Source: Bacilli bacterium
Lineage (GTDB): Bacteria; Bacillota_I; Bacilli_A; RF39; UBA660
NCBI GenBank assembly: GCA_017435255.1
Contig: JAFSFI010000008.1
Location: forward strand, 1,765-65,764
Length of the DNA stretch: 64,000 bases
Reading direction: 5' to 3'
The notes below the pieces were generated by a model that searched no databases, was not told the DNA's origin, and saw nothing but the letters and a program-made list of their open reading frames with translations. This document shows positions 1 to 11,641 of the stretch, in pieces; within the stretch, counting starts at the first letter, position 1; every line of letters starts with the position of its first letter. Made by a program: the position numbers and the translations under genes.

Positions 1-2
1 AT

Positions 3-1445
3 CAAAATGAATCAATAGAACATTTAGCAGAGTGTAATCAGTTAATAAGTTCTTTATCAACAATGATAATGGAAGATAAAACAGCAAAAGAGGCATTTTG
101 GAATAATAGTGCTAGTGATTTATTATATGGTATTATTTCATTATTTTTAGAAGATTATGCTGATGGAAAAATTGAAAGAGAACAAATAACATTATCATCA
201 ATAAAGAAATTTCAAAATAGTTCAATGGCTGGTAAAAATTTAAAGACATTAATTAAATATGTTGAAGGTAAATCTTATGGATTAAAAAGTAAAGATAAAT
301 TAATACCAATAATAACTACATCAGAAAATACCTATAAGAGTATTACAAGTATATTTAATGAACGAATGACTTTATTTGATGATATTAATGTTGAAAATAT
401 AACATCTGATTCAGATTTTGAATTTGATATTTTAGGAAAGCAACCAACAGTCTTATATTGTTGTATTCCCGATGAATCAAAAATATATTATGCTTTGGTA
501 TCAATAGTTGTTTCTTTAATATATAAGACATTAGTATTATTATGTAATTCACAACCAAACAAGAGATTACCATATGATCTTGTTTTTTTATTAGATGAAT
601 TTGCTAATACACCACCATTATCTGATATTGAAACAATAGTATCAGTAGCAAGAAGTAGAGGAATGTATTTTCAATTCTTCTTACAAAGTTTCGCACAATT
701 AGATAATTTGTATGGAAAAGAAGTAAGTCAAATTATCCAAGATAACTGTGGACTTGCTTATCTTAAAACTAATACACAAGAAACAGCAGAAGCAATATCA
801 AAAAGATTAGGTAATAAAACTATTGAAACTACATCATTAAATTATTCATTAAGTTTTATGAATAATAATGGTAGTAAAGGAACAAGTTTAATTGCTAGAA
901 ATCTTATGACAGCTGATGAAATAAAACAATTACATTTTAAAACAATAATATTCCCAACGATTGGATACCCAATTTTTAGGGACACAGTTGTATATCAAAA
1001 GTTTAGTTGTTATAAAAAAGGAATGATTGATAGAAAGGTAAGACCACTTGAAAGGTTAGTTAATACTTATCACACAGTAGAAAAATTAAAGTTTGATGAA
1101 GAAGAACAACCTAAACAAGAACAACCAAAAGTAAATGATGAAACTCAAAAACAAAGAACTGAACTTTATAACTTAATAAATAAAGTTGTTGAGATATTTG
1201 GAAAAGTTGATAAAGAAGTTGAATATGTAGTTGATAATGGAAAGGTAACTGCTGAACTTTATATAGCACCACCATTATCATTGAGCGACATCACAAGTTT
1301 AGAAGAAAATAGTGAAAAATATAATTTTAAATATGAAGCAATAACTGAAAAACAAAAAATAAAAAAGAATGGACGAAATTCTTTAATATTAATATCTTTG
1401 TTAGATGAAGGAGAGAAAATAGATGAACATAGGAGAAATAATTAA
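3..1445 (+). CDS. Type IV secretion coupling protein (VirD4/TraG family), C-terminal part; 5' end beyond the window
   Basis: The frame is open from the window edge, upstream of the ORF-track ATG at 63. Walker-B region VFLLDEFANTPP, then ARSRGMYFQFFLQSFAQLDNLYG and DNCGLAYLKTN..TAEAISKRLG, as in VirD4/TraG coupling ATPases. Confidence 0.75.
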   Translation, partial: QNESIEHLAECNQLISSLSTMIMEDKTAKEAFWNNSASDLLYGIISLFLEDYADGKIEREQITLSSIKKFQNSSMAGKNLKTLIKYVEGKSYGLKSKDKLIPIITTSENTYKSITSIFNERMTLFDDINVENITSDSDFEFDILGKQPTVLYCCIPDESKIYYALVSIVVSLIYKTLVLLCNSQPNKRLPYDLVFLLDEFANTPPLSDIETIVSVARSRGMYFQFFLQSFAQLDNLYGKEVSQIIQDNCGLAYLKTNTQETAEAISKRLGNKTIETTSLNYSLSFMNNNGSKGTSLIARNLMTADEIKQLHFKTIIFPTIGYPIFRDTVVYQKFSCYKKGMIDRKVRPLERLVNTYHTVEKLKFDEEEQPKQEQPKVNDETQKQRTELYNLINKVVEIFGKVDKEVEYVVDNGKVTAELYIAPPLSLSDITSLEENSEKYNFKYEAITEKQKIKKNGRNSLILISLLDEGEKIDEHRRNN

Positions 1446-1899
1446 AAGTTCAAGAGAACGAGCAGGAATATCAATGAGAGAATTAGGAAGATTATCAGGA
1501 GTTAATAGTTCTGAAATATCTAAAATAGAAAGTGGGTTAAGACCTAGTCCTAATCTTAAAACATTAAAAAAATTATGTAGATATTTAGATATAAGATTAA
1601 ATGATTTAATCTTTGAAATGGGATTAGGTGCAACTTATAATCCTAAAAATAAAATCTTAATTGATTATTATAAGAATTTAGATATTAAGAATGTAAAATT
1701 ACCATATAAAGCACTTAAATATAAATATAATGATACATTAAAACAAATAAAAAAATTTAATGAAATGAAAGAAGATAAAAGGTATCATGATGAGTTAATA
1801 GATTTAATCAAAATACTAGAATACGAAAATGATACTACTAAATTTATTTTGAATATTTTAGAAGAAAAAATATTAAGCAATTTTTTAAACGAAAGTTAG
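1423..1899 (+). CDS. XRE-family helix-turn-helix transcriptional regulator
   Basis: N-terminal HTH_3 pattern IIKSSRERAGISMRELGRLSGVNSSEISKIESGLRPSPNLKTLKKL. Overlaps the end of the upstream gene by 23 nt. Confidence 0.7.
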   Translation: MNIGEIIKSSRERAGISMRELGRLSGVNSSEISKIESGLRPSPNLKTLKKLCRYLDIRLNDLIFEMGLGATYNPKNKILIDYYKNLDIKNVKLPYKALKYKYNDTLKQIKKFNEMKEDKRYHDELIDLIKILEYENDTTKFILNILEEKILSNFLNES

Positions 1900-1911
1900 G
1901 AGGTTGAAAAA

Positions 1912-4900
1912 ATGAAAGAAGAGTTTAAGAAAGATTTTATAAATAATAGAGATAATACTTTAACTGAAATAAAAGAAAATAATAACAACTGGAATAAGTT
2001 TATAGTTTATTGGTCAAACATTTTAGATAAATATAGTATTGATAATGTTTTGAATCTTTATTCTTATAATCCTTATGGAAGATTATTCATGACATTTGAT
2101 GAATGGAATAGTAATGAAATTGATAGAAGAATTAAACCAAAGAGTAAAGGGATACCTATACTTGAAGATAATAATAAAATATATGTTTTTGACGTAAGAC
2201 AAACATATGGAAAAGATTATAGAATATGGAAATATAATCACATGGCAGATATTGAAATATTAAGTTATTTCCAAGATAAGTATAAAGTATTACATGATAG
2301 TGATTTATCTTTGGATAATAATTTTTATAAAACATTTAAAGAAATAACAAAAGATAAAATAGAAGATAATTATATAGGATTATCTGATAAAGAAGTGGAG
2401 TTTGTATCTAATACAATAACTTCACTTTTTTTATCTAAATCTAATTTTAATATTTATAACTTACCTAGTAGTTATGAAAGTGTAAATAAGTTAGATGATG
2501 AAGATATTTTAAAATGTATGCAAATTGCTAATAAAGAAACAGCAATTATGTTTAATGAATTTCAAAAAAATGCGAAAAATATATCTAATCTTCATGCAAT
2601 TATTAGAGAAGATATTTTAAATCAATATAATGAAAATGTTTTTAAAAATGAAAATGAAATAAATGGGACTTTAAATGACTTATCTAATGCAAGTGGGTAT
2701 AATCATGAGTTATTAGAAGGTATTTATAATAATTTATTAAGTAAATATTCTTATATTAATAAGGATAAAAGAGAACAACCAAAAGAAGAAATCATTGAAG
2801 AAATAAGAGTTGAAGATGAGAAGAAAGCAGATGTATATGAAAATATACAAATGTCTTTATTTGCAACAAGAGAAGAAGAACTAGCAAATAAAATATGTGA
2901 TATATTTAATTCATTTGATACTAAATATCAAAATACTTTTGAAGTTAGAAATGTAGAATTACAAGTATGGGAACATATTGCTAGTAATAAAAGAAACCTA
3001 TCAATAATGTTAAAAAGTCCACTAGCAGATTATAATGAAAATGCTTTTACATATTTTAATGCTGATAAAACTGATGAAATAAAAATAAATGATAGTATAA
3101 AGAAAAATTATTTCTTACAACAATTATATAAAGATAAAGATTTCTCAATAACATTATCACCAGATATAGTTCATATATTTTGGAATAATTTTGATGATAA
3201 AAAATTTGATATGAATATCCCTAGCACAAAGGTAATAGATCAAGAAGAAATTGAACAAGAGGAATTAGAAAAAATAGATGAAGAAGTAGATTATATAGTA
3301 AGAACATCAGAACTAATACCTACTCAAAATGGAATTGAAACTAATGTTATTGAATCAAAATATTATAATAAAGATGGTATAGAATTAGAACAACCAAAAG
3401 AAGAACAATATCCTAAAATTAATTATCATATTAGTGATGATAAAGTTGATAATAATTTTGGTGCAAAAAGTAGATTTGATGATAATGTAAATGCAATTAA
3501 ATTATTAAAGAAATTAGAATTAGAAGATCGTAATGCAACAAGTGATGAGCAAGAGATACTTACTAAATATGTTGGTTGGGGAGGATTATCTGATGCTTTT
3601 GATGAAAGAAAAGATAATTGGAATAGAGAATATAATGAACTTAAAAATCTTTTAAGTGAGGAAGAATATAATCAAGCAAGACAATCAACATTAACATCTT
3701 TTTATACACCTAATGTTGCAATAGATGGTATTTATGATGCTATTAAAAAATTTGGATTTAATAAAGGAAATATATTAGAGCCATCTTGTGGTATTGGAAA
3801 TTTTTTTGGAAGAATACCAGAAGAACTAAATAACAATAGATTATATGGAGTAGAGTTAGATAGTATAAGTGGAAGAATTGCAAAGAAACTATATCCAACA
3901 GCTAAAATAGAAATAAAAGGATATGAAGAATCTAGTGTTCAAGATAATTTCTTTGATGTAGCAATAGGTAATGTTCCTTTTGGTAATTATAAAGTTTTAG
4001 ATAAGAGATATAAAGAAAACTTTATGATACATGATTATTTCTTTCAAAAGACATTAGATAAAGTTAGATCTGGTGGAATTATTGCTTTTATTACTACTGA
4101 TGGAACACTTGATAAGAAAGATACAAAGGTAAGAGAATATATTGCTAAACGAGCAGAATTAGTTGGAGCAATAAGACTACCAAACAATACATTTACAGGG
4201 AATGCAAATACAAAGGTAACATCTGATATTATTTTCTTAAAGAAAAGGGACGAATTAAAACATGATATAAGTGATGAAGATTGGATTTATACTAGTGAAT
4301 ATGATGATGGTATAACAATTAATAATTATTATATAAATCATCCAGAGATGATGCTTGGAAAAATGGAATTACATTCAACTGCTTATGGAATGGATAATAC
4401 TTTAAGTCCAATAGAAACACCATTAAAAGAATTAATGATTGATGCAATAAACAATTTACCACCTAACATATTTGAAAATATTGAGTTTGAATTAAATGAA
4501 CAAAATAATAAATATGAAATATTAGAAGTAGAAGATGGAATAAAGAATAATGCTTTTGTAATAAAGAATATAAATGATAAAGATATTATATATCAAAGAC
4601 AAGATTCTAATTTAGTTCCATATTCAATTCAAGATGGAATGACTGCAAAAAGAATTATTGGTTTATGTAAAGTAAAAAATGATTTAAGAAAAGTATTTGA
4701 TATACAACTTAAAGATGGTAGTGATGAAGAATTAGAACTTGCACAAAGTAAATTAAATAATTCTTATGATGAGTTTGTTAAAAAGCATGGATATATAAAT
4801 GATAATGTTAATCAAAGAGCATTTGACGAAGATCCAGATTATTACTTACTAACTTCTATTGAAAATAAAATTAGTAAAGATGAAGAAGATGATAAACCTG

Positions 4901-7900
4901 TATATGTTAAGGGAGATGTTTTTACTAAAAGAACAATAAGAAAAAGTAAAGAAGCAAAGAGTGTTGAAACAGCAGAAGATGCTTTGAGATATTCACTTAA
5001 TAATCGTGGATGTGTAGATTTAGATTATATGAAAACATTATATCCAAAAGATGAAGAAGAAATTATTGATGAACTTGGTAATTTAATTTATCAAGATCCA
5101 TCTAAATTAAATGATTTTAATAAAGGATATGTAATAGCAAGTGAGTATTTAAGTGGAAATGTAAAACAAAAACTTAATTATGTTAAATCAGTAAATATTG
5201 ATAATAAGTATGATAGAAATATTGAGGCACTAGAACAAGTGCAACCTATACCACTTGAATATGATGAGATAAGTGTTAAGTTAGGATCTACTTGGATACC
5301 AGAAGATGTATATCATCAATTTTGTTGTGAACTATTAGATATAAGTAGATGGAATGCAACAAGATTAAAAATTAAATATGCAAAAGAAATTAATTCGTGG
5401 TTATTTCAAGCAAGTGGTTTATATGGATATGGAGTAAAAAATACTAATGTATGGGGAACTGATAGAGCAGATGCTTTATCAATAATTAAGAATACTCTTA
5501 ATCTTCAAAGTATAACTGTCTATGACAAATTAGAAGATGAAAGACGAGTAGTAAATCCAGTAGAAACTGCTAATGCAAGAGAAAAACAAGAATTAATAAA
5601 ACAAGAGTTTAAAGAATGGATTTGGAAAGATGAAGAACGAAGAAATAGATTAGTTAAAATCTATAATGAAAACTTTAATTGTATGAGAGAAAGAGAATAT
5701 GATGGTAGTCATTTAACATTTGATGGAATGAATCCAACAATAGATTTAAGAGAACATCAAAAGAATGCTGTTGCAAGAGTTTTATATGGTGGTAATACTT
5801 TACTTGCTCATGCAGTAGGTGCTGGTAAAACTTACGAATGTATCGCAAGTGCAATGGAATTAAAAAGATTAGGTATAGTTAGTAAACCAATGTTTGTTGT
5901 TCCTAATCATTTATTAGGACAATGGGCTAATGAGGTTTTAAAACTATATCCAACAGCAAACATATTAGTTGCTACTCAAAAAGATTTTGAAAAAACAAGA
6001 AGAAAAAAACTAATGGCAAAAATAGCAACAGGAGAATGGGATGCAGTTTTAATTGCACATTCTAGTTTTGGATTAATCCCTATGAGTAAAGAATACGAAA
6101 AGAAACATATTGAAAAAGAAATACAAGAAGTAACAGAAGCAATAGATAGAATAAAAATGGAAGAAGGAGGAGGATTAAGTGTAAAGAAATTAGAGCAAAT
6201 TAAAATGAGTATGAATACAAAGCTAAAAAACTTATTAGATGATACTAAAAAAGATGATGTAGTAACATTTGAAGAATTAGGTGTAGATCAACTTATTGTA
6301 GATGAAGCACATATGTTTAAAAACTTACCAATGTTTTCTAAAATAAGAAATGTTGCTGGAATTAATAATAGTGAAAGTAAAAAAGCAACTGACCTTTATA
6401 TGAAGATAAGTTATATTTTAGAAAATAATGATGGTAAAGGAGCAGTATTTGCAACAGGAACTCCTATTAGCAATTCAATGGGAGAATTATTTGCAATGCA
6501 AAAATATCTTCAAATGGATAGATTAAGAGAAATGGGATTAGAACATTTTGATGAATGGGCATCAACTTTTGGAGAAATAGTTAATAGTTTTGAAATTGCA
6601 CCAGATGGTAGTGGTTTTAGAACAAAAGCACGATTTGCTCAATTCTTTAATATTCCTGAACTTATGACTTTATTTAAAGAAGTTGCTGATATTAAAACAT
6701 CAAAAATGTTAGACTTACCAGTTCCTAAATTAAAAGGTGGAGAATATAAAACAATAGTAGCACCCAAAACTGATGAATTAGGAGATTATGTTGAGAAATT
6801 AGCAGAACGAAGTGAAATAATAAGAAATGGATGTGATCCAAGAATTGATAATATGTTGCTTGTTACCAATGATGGAAGAAAAGCAGCACTTGATTTAAGA
6901 ATGATAGATCCAAATATGCCAGACTTACCTAATTCAAAAGTTAATATGGCTATTGAGAACATTTATAGAATATGGTTAGAAAATAAAGAAGACAAGCTTA
7001 CACAACTTGTCTTTTGTGATTTATCAACACCTAAAAATGATGGAACATTTAATGTTTATGATGATATTAAAAATAAATTAATTGAAAGAGGAATACCAGA
7101 AGATGAAATTGAATTTATTCATAATGCTAAAACAAATCCTCAAAAGTTAAAACTATTTGAAGATATGAGAACAGGTAATAAAAGAATACTTATAGGATCT
7201 ACTTCTAAAATGGGAGCAGGTATGAATGTTCAAGATAAATTAATTGCTTTACATCATTTAGATTGTCCATGGCGACCAAGTGATATAGAACAAAGAGAAG
7301 GTAGAATATTAAGACAAGGAAATCAAAATGAAGAGGTAGAAATATATAGATATGTAACTGAAGGCAGTTTTGATGCTTACTCTTATCAATTAATTCAAAC
7401 AAAATCTACATTTATAAATCAAATAATGGCTAATTCAAATGGTGGTGGAAGAACAGCAGAAGATTTAGATAGAGATACACTTACTTATGCAGAAGTAAAA
7501 GCATTAGCAAGTGGTAATCCTTTAATAATTGATAAATTCAAAATTGAAAATGAATTGAAACAATTATATTTATCTAAATCAAGATATGATAAATCACGAA
7601 TTGAATTAGAATCTAAATGTAATAGAGAATTACCTCAACAATTAAAATTTCAAGAAAGATATTTAAACGGATTGGAACAAGATATAAATAAAGTAGAAGA
7701 TTTGTCTGCTGATAATTTCAAAATAACAATAAGAGATCAATTCTTTGATTCAAGAAAAGATGCGAGTACAAAATTTTATCAAACTTTATCGTTGTTAAAG
7801 ACAGGAGAGGAAATCAAGATAGGAGAAATAAGTGGCTTTGATATTGTGGGAACACGAGAAGAATTGAGATTTACCCCTGTCGTATATATAAAAGGTATTG

Positions 7901-8196
7901 GTAAATATAAAGTAGAAATAAATAATATTGATGAAATAGGTAATATTCTTAAATTAGAGAATATGCTTAAAAGTTTTGAAACTAAAATTGAAACAGTTAA
8001 AGAGCAAATAGAATATACAAAGAAACAATTAAATGATGCAAAAGAAGAACTTGATAAACCATTTGCTTTTACTGAAAGAATAAGAGAATTACAAAAAGAA
8101 AAAGCAAGAATTGATAGTGAACTTGATTTAGATAAACAAGAAACGACTCAAGAATTATCTGACGAAAATAGTAATGATGATGAATTAGAAAGATAA
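1912..8196 (+). CDS. Giant fusion protein: N6-adenine DNA methyltransferase domain plus SNF2/DEAH helicase domain, typical of conjugative elements
   Basis: SAM motif [13 protein letters not shown] and catalytic motif IV GNVPFG around aa 630-690. Helicase Walker [15 protein letters not shown] box [11 protein letters not shown], and helicase-C motifs [13 protein letters not shown] and [19 protein letters not shown] upstream. Confidence 0.85.
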   Translation: MKEEFKKDFINNRDNTLTEIKENNNNWNKFIVYWSNILDKYSIDNVLNLYSYNPYGRLFMTFDEWNSNEIDRRIKPKSKGIPILEDNNKIYVFDVRQTYGKDYRIWKYNHMADIEILSYFQDKYKVLHDSDLSLDNNFYKTFKEITKDKIEDNYIGLSDKEVEFVSNTITSLFLSKSNFNIYNLPSSYESVNKLDDEDILKCMQIANKETAIMFNEFQKNAKNISNLHAIIREDILNQYNENVFKNENEINGTLNDLSNASGYNHELLEGIYNNLLSKYSYINKDKREQPKEEIIEEIRVEDEKKADVYENIQMSLFATREEELANKICDIFNSFDTKYQNTFEVRNVELQVWEHIASNKRNLSIMLKSPLADYNENAFTYFNADKTDEIKINDSIKKNYFLQQLYKDKDFSITLSPDIVHIFWNNFDDKKFDMNIPSTKVIDQEEIEQEELEKIDEEVDYIVRTSELIPTQNGIETNVIESKYYNKDGIELEQPKEEQYPKINYHISDDKVDNNFGAKSRFDDNVNAIKLLKKLELEDRNATSDEQEILTKYVGWGGLSDAFDERKDNWNREYNELKNLLSEEEYNQARQSTLTSFYTPNVAIDGIYDAIKKFGFNKGNILEPSCGIGNFFGRIPEELNNNRLYGVELDSISGRIAKKLYPTAKIEIKGYEESSVQDNFFDVAIGNVPFGNYKVLDKRYKENFMIHDYFFQKTLDKVRSGGIIAFITTDGTLDKKDTKVREYIAKRAELVGAIRLPNNTFTGNANTKVTSDIIFLKKRDELKHDISDEDWIYTSEYDDGITINNYYINHPEMMLGKMELHSTAYGMDNTLSPIETPLKELMIDAINNLPPNIFENIEFELNEQNNKYEILEVEDGIKNNAFVIKNINDKDIIYQRQDSNLVPYSIQDGMTAKRIIGLCKVKNDLRKVFDIQLKDGSDEELELAQSKLNNSYDEFVKKHGYINDNVNQRAFDEDPDYYLLTSIENKISKDEEDDKPVYVKGDVFTKRTIRKSKEAKSVETAEDALRYSLNNRGCVDLDYMKTLYPKDEEEIIDELGNLIYQDPSKLNDFNKGYVIASEYLSGNVKQKLNYVKSVNIDNKYDRNIEALEQVQPIPLEYDEISVKLGSTWIPEDVYHQFCCELLDISRWNATRLKIKYAKEINSWLFQASGLYGYGVKNTNVWGTDRADALSIIKNTLNLQSITVYDKLEDERRVVNPVETANAREKQELIKQEFKEWIWKDEERRNRLVKIYNENFNCMREREYDGSHLTFDGMNPTIDLREHQKNAVARVLYGGNTLLAHAVGAGKTYECIASAMELKRLGIVSKPMFVVPNHLLGQWANEVLKLYPTANILVATQKDFEKTRRKKLMAKIATGEWDAVLIAHSSFGLIPMSKEYEKKHIEKEIQEVTEAIDRIKMEEGGGLSVKKLEQIKMSMNTKLKNLLDDTKKDDVVTFEELGVDQLIVDEAHMFKNLPMFSKIRNVAGINNSESKKATDLYMKISYILENNDGKGAVFATGTPISNSMGELFAMQKYLQMDRLREMGLEHFDEWASTFGEIVNSFEIAPDGSGFRTKARFAQFFNIPELMTLFKEVADIKTSKMLDLPVPKLKGGEYKTIVAPKTDELGDYVEKLAERSEIIRNGCDPRIDNMLLVTNDGRKAALDLRMIDPNMPDLPNSKVNMAIENIYRIWLENKEDKLTQLVFCDLSTPKNDGTFNVYDDIKNKLIERGIPEDEIEFIHNAKTNPQKLKLFEDMRTGNKRILIGSTSKMGAGMNVQDKLIALHHLDCPWRPSDIEQREGRILRQGNQNEEVEIYRYVTEGSFDAYSYQLIQTKSTFINQIMANSNGGGRTAEDLDRDTLTYAEVKALASGNPLIIDKFKIENELKQLYLSKSRYDKSRIELESKCNRELPQQLKFQERYLNGLEQDINKVEDLSADNFKITIRDQFFDSRKDASTKFYQTLSLLKTGEEIKIGEISGFDIVGTREELRFTPVVYIKGIGKYKVEINNIDEIGNILKLENMLKSFETKIETVKEQIEYTKKQLNDAKEELDKPFAFTERIRELQKEKARIDSELDLDKQETTQELSDENSNDDELER

Positions 8197-8401
8197 TTAA
8201 AAAAATGTAAAAAAAGTCTTGCAAAATTTCTTTTTTTAAGTGATTAATTATACGAAGAAAAAAGTCGTTTTAAAGTAGTTAATACAAGAATATCAAATTG
8301 TAAGACGCTCGGTTATATAACTATAAGTCATAAAAATTAAAACCTCTTAAAACGGCTTAAATTCGTTATATATAGTGATGTAATAAAAGGAGGAAGATAT
8401 T

Positions 8402-8908
8402 ATGTATATTACAGAAACTACAATTAATGTAAAAAATGTATTTGAAAAGGTAGAAGAATTGAATGATATAGGAAAAGTTAAATTTATTCTATATACATTC
8501 GGTTTGTTAAATAATAATCAAATAAATAATAAAAATGAAATTAATCCTACATTAAATAAAGATGAAGAAGAAATGACAATATTTAAAATGGATTTGTTAG
8601 GTTTATCTGAAAGTGCTTGTAATGTGTTTTTAGAATATAATGCAATGTTATATAATGGATTAACTGAAACAAAAGATATAATTATAGATAATGGAAATGT
8701 ATTAGGATTAGAATTTGATGATAATGAAATTAATATAGTAAAAGATTTTGAAAAATTAACTTATAATGAAAAGTTAGATTTATTTAAAGAATTGTTTATA
8801 AGATATGATAATAATACTTATTTTAAAAATAATATAAACATTATGACTTTTGACTCAAATAAAAATGGTTTTGATATAGCAAGAGAAATTGAACAATTTA
8901 AAATATAA
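8402..8908 (+). CDS. Hypothetical acidic, Asn-rich ICE protein
   Basis: 168-aa ORF with strong RBS AAAGGAGGAAG 6 nt upstream. No recognisable motif. Confidence 0.4.
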   Translation: MYITETTINVKNVFEKVEELNDIGKVKFILYTFGLLNNNQINNKNEINPTLNKDEEEMTIFKMDLLGLSESACNVFLEYNAMLYNGLTETKDIIIDNGNVLGLEFDDNEINIVKDFEKLTYNEKLDLFKELFIRYDNNTYFKNNINIMTFDSNKNGFDIAREIEQFKI

Positions 8909-9003
8909 AAATATATATAAGGACTAGTGATAGTCCTTTTTTTATGTAAAAAAATAATTATTTCAATTTACTAAACATATATTTAGAAAGGAAAGGTGAT
9001 TTT

Positions 9004-9129
9004 ATGTATAGAAAAGAAAAAATAAAAATAAATTTATTTTATGATGATTCTGGTGTAAATATATTAGATGTTTTAAAATTAGACTTCAAGGAATTTTTTG
9101 AACAATATTTAAAAGAAAAAGTTTTATAA
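9004..9129 (+). CDS. Possible small ORF (41 aa) upstream of the recombinase
   Basis: Not in the ORF track. ATG preceded by GAAAGGTGA. Peptide MYRKEKIKINLFYDDSGVNILDVLKLDFKEFFEQYLKEKVL. No homology recognised. Confidence 0.25.
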   Translation: MYRKEKIKINLFYDDSGVNILDVLKLDFKEFFEQYLKEKVL

Positions 9130-9242
9130 ATTTATCCAAAATAACTGAAAATATAATGTTTCTATGATATAATAACCATGTACCGTACTCGGTTGGTTAT
9201 ATTAGAAATGTTTGTATTGAATTCTAGAAATAGGAGGAAAAT

Positions 9243-10898
9243 ATGAATTATGATTGTGGAGTAGTTAAAGCATTACTAAACATATATAAACCAGAAGAAA
9301 TAGCTAAATATATAAGGTTATCTCTTGCTGATGAAGAAAGTGAAAAACAAAAACCAACTGATGAGAGTGAAAGTGTTACTAATCAAAGAAGATTAATAAA
9401 TAGTTTTATTGATCGCAATGGTAATATAGGTGCAAATTGTAAAGAGTTTATTGATGACGGATGTTCTGGAACAAATTTTGATAGACCTGGATGGAATAAA
9501 TTACAAGAACAAATGGAAGCAGGTAAAATCAAAGTTGTTATAACAAAAAGTTTATCAAGACTAGGTAGAAGTAATTTTGAGTGTAGTTATTTTCTTGATT
9601 ACTATTTTCCTGAAAACAATATTAGATATATTGCAATACAAGAACAAATAGATACAGGAAATGGAGAAAATACTAACAACGAATATGCGGCTTTAAACAA
9701 TTTTATAAATGAAAAATATTCTAGAGATTTATCAAAGAATATTAAAAGGGTTTATAGAATGAAACAACAATCAGGAGAATATATGGGAGGTATTCCTGTA
9801 TATGGATATAAGAAAGATCCTAATGATAAACATAAACTGATTATTGATGAAGAAGCTGCAGATGTTGTTAGAGAAATATTTGACAAGTATTTAGAACTAC
9901 AATCACAAAGTGCTGTTATGAAATATTTAACTGATAAGAAAGTCCCTATACCAGAGGTATATAAAGGAACTAGAAGAGGAATTAAAGCAAAACACCCATA
10001 CGAATGGAATTATCATACAATTAGAAGCATTCTTCGTAATCAAATGTATATTGGAGATATGGTACAAAATGTTCATGTCAAAAAAAGTTTTAGAGAAAAG
10101 AAGATTATTAAAAATGATAAGGAAAATTGGGTTATAGTTGAAGGCACACATGAACCTATTATTGATAAAGAAACATTTGATAGAGTTCAAAATCTATTAG
10201 ATGCTAATTTTAGACAACCAACACCAGAATATCAAAGAACATTTAAAGGATTAATGTTTTGTCATGAATGTGGACATTTAATAGGCGTAGGTAATCCTAA
10301 AAGAGATAATAGACCTATTGAAAAACAATATGTATATACTTATTGTAATTATTATAGAAAGAATAGTGCGTATAATAAGTGTACTCCACATACAATGAAC
10401 TACAATAATCTTGAAGATCAACTTTTATCTATTATTACAAATGTATGTAATAAATATATTAATTTAGTTGGATATGATGATTTGGTTGAAAATAGAAAAA
10501 AGACATTAACAACATATACAACTGATTTAGAGAAAAAAGTTGGTAGATTAGAGATAGACCTAAAAACCATTGATTTAAAAATTGAAAAGTTATACATGGA
10601 TAGATTAGATGACATTATAACACCAGATACATATAAGAAACTTACGGATAAATTTGAAGAACAAAAACATGAAATGCAAAAACAAATTGATGAGTTAAAT
10701 CAAAGTATAAATGAATATAAAGAAAATAATAAAGTAGAAGATTTACTTGAAACTCAAACCATAGTAAAAGAATATTTAAAAGCAAGAAAAAATCCACCAA
10801 GAGAATTAATTTTAAAAATAATTGATAAAATAGAAATACATCAAGATAAGACAGTGGATTTACATTTTAAACTAAAACAACTTGAAGAAGTTGTATAA
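9243..10898 (+). CDS. Large serine recombinase (resolvase/invertase N-domain, recombinase domain, zinc ribbon, coiled coil); the ICE integrase
   Basis: Catalytic serine context AKYIRLSLADEES. ITKSLSRLGRS, YGYKKD, Cys cluster CHECGH...CNYYRK...C and a C-terminal coiled coil. Sits at the extreme end of the element, as in Tn5397/Tn4451/skin-type elements. Confidence 0.9.
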   Translation: MNYDCGVVKALLNIYKPEEIAKYIRLSLADEESEKQKPTDESESVTNQRRLINSFIDRNGNIGANCKEFIDDGCSGTNFDRPGWNKLQEQMEAGKIKVVITKSLSRLGRSNFECSYFLDYYFPENNIRYIAIQEQIDTGNGENTNNEYAALNNFINEKYSRDLSKNIKRVYRMKQQSGEYMGGIPVYGYKKDPNDKHKLIIDEEAADVVREIFDKYLELQSQSAVMKYLTDKKVPIPEVYKGTRRGIKAKHPYEWNYHTIRSILRNQMYIGDMVQNVHVKKSFREKKIIKNDKENWVIVEGTHEPIIDKETFDRVQNLLDANFRQPTPEYQRTFKGLMFCHECGHLIGVGNPKRDNRPIEKQYVYTYCNYYRKNSAYNKCTPHTMNYNNLEDQLLSIITNVCNKYINLVGYDDLVENRKKTLTTYTTDLEKKVGRLEIDLKTIDLKIEKLYMDRLDDIITPDTYKKLTDKFEEQKHEMQKQIDELNQSINEYKENNKVEDLLETQTIVKEYLKARKNPPRELILKIIDKIEIHQDKTVDLHFKLKQLEEVV

Positions 10899-10927
10899 TT
10901 TTTACAAAAAAGTTATCACTGAAAACC

Positions 10928-11344
10928 ATGAGCCATAATTTTAAAGGATATAAAGCAGGAGATACAATTACTGTAGAAGGAAGCTATGATATTAATATTT
11001 GGTATTCATGCCAAGACGATACTAAAACTGAAGTTGTAAGACAAACTGATACATATAAAGAAACTGTGGTAGTCCCAAGAAAAAACAATTCTAATATATC
11101 TGGAGATGAAGAGATTATTGTTAGAAGTTTAAGACAACCAAGTTGCGTAAAAGCGGAAATTCAAAACGGAATGATAGTATATACTATTGAAAAAGAATTA
11201 GGAATTGAGATTGTAGGGGATACTAAAGTAAAAATTGCAATAGATGAAGACGAGGATGAATGGGATATTATAGATGATGATGTAATTGATAATGAAATAG
11301 ATAAAAAGATAGATGAAGAAGTTAATGAAGAGTTCTTAGATTAA
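10928..11344 (+). pseudogene. cotE: 3' portion of cotE (outer spore coat morphogenetic protein E), split by the ICE insertion
   Basis: [49 protein letters not shown] and an acidic tail ending EEFLD match B. subtilis CotE from about residue 55 to the C-terminus (from memory). About 45-50 N-terminal residues are missing. No SD precedes the ATG. The frame is open back to 10886. Confidence 0.7.
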
Positions 11345-11459
11345 GAACTTTTTTGTTTGAATAAAATTTTACACAAGTTTACAATTGCTTTGATTTTTGC
11401 TGTTCAATCCTTAAGAAAATCATGTATAATATATATGTAAAATAAGGAGGATTAAAAGG

Positions 11460-11641
11460 ATGGAAAAGAAAAGTAATAAAGGAGTAGTTATTTCATTATT
11501 AGTAGTAATAGCAGTATTAATAGGTTCTATTACATACATGTTTGTAAGTGGAACAGTAATATTTAATACAAAGAAAAATAATGATAACAAAACAGAAGAA
11601 AAAGAAAATAATAAAAATGAAAATGACAAAGAAAATGAAAA
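11460..11641 (+). repeat. 182-nt near-identical copy 1 of a duplicated 5' gene module
   Basis: Near-identical to 12203..12384, with only a few substitutions on visual alignment. Covers the start codon, TM anchor and the start of the NKNENDKENE linker. Confidence 0.85.

Larger units (their letters stand above)
1..10915 (+). mobile_element. Right-hand portion of an integrative conjugative element (ICE); the left end lies outside the window and the right end is approximate
   Basis: Co-directional conjugation and recombination genes: T4 coupling protein, XRE regulator, methylase/SNF2 helicase and a terminal large serine recombinase. The recombinase stop at 10898 is followed within about 30 nt by a 5'-truncated cotE frame. 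Confidence 0.7.

Noticed and set aside
8290-9215. Shared CTCGGTT(G)GTTATAT motif at about 8298 and about 9188 within ICE intergenic regions, considered as a possible oriT or recombinase sub-site.
   Set aside because: The matches are short and imperfect, no relaxase is in the window to anchor an oriT call, and the second copy is better explained as part of a small hairpin next to the recombinase promoter (TGATATAAT).
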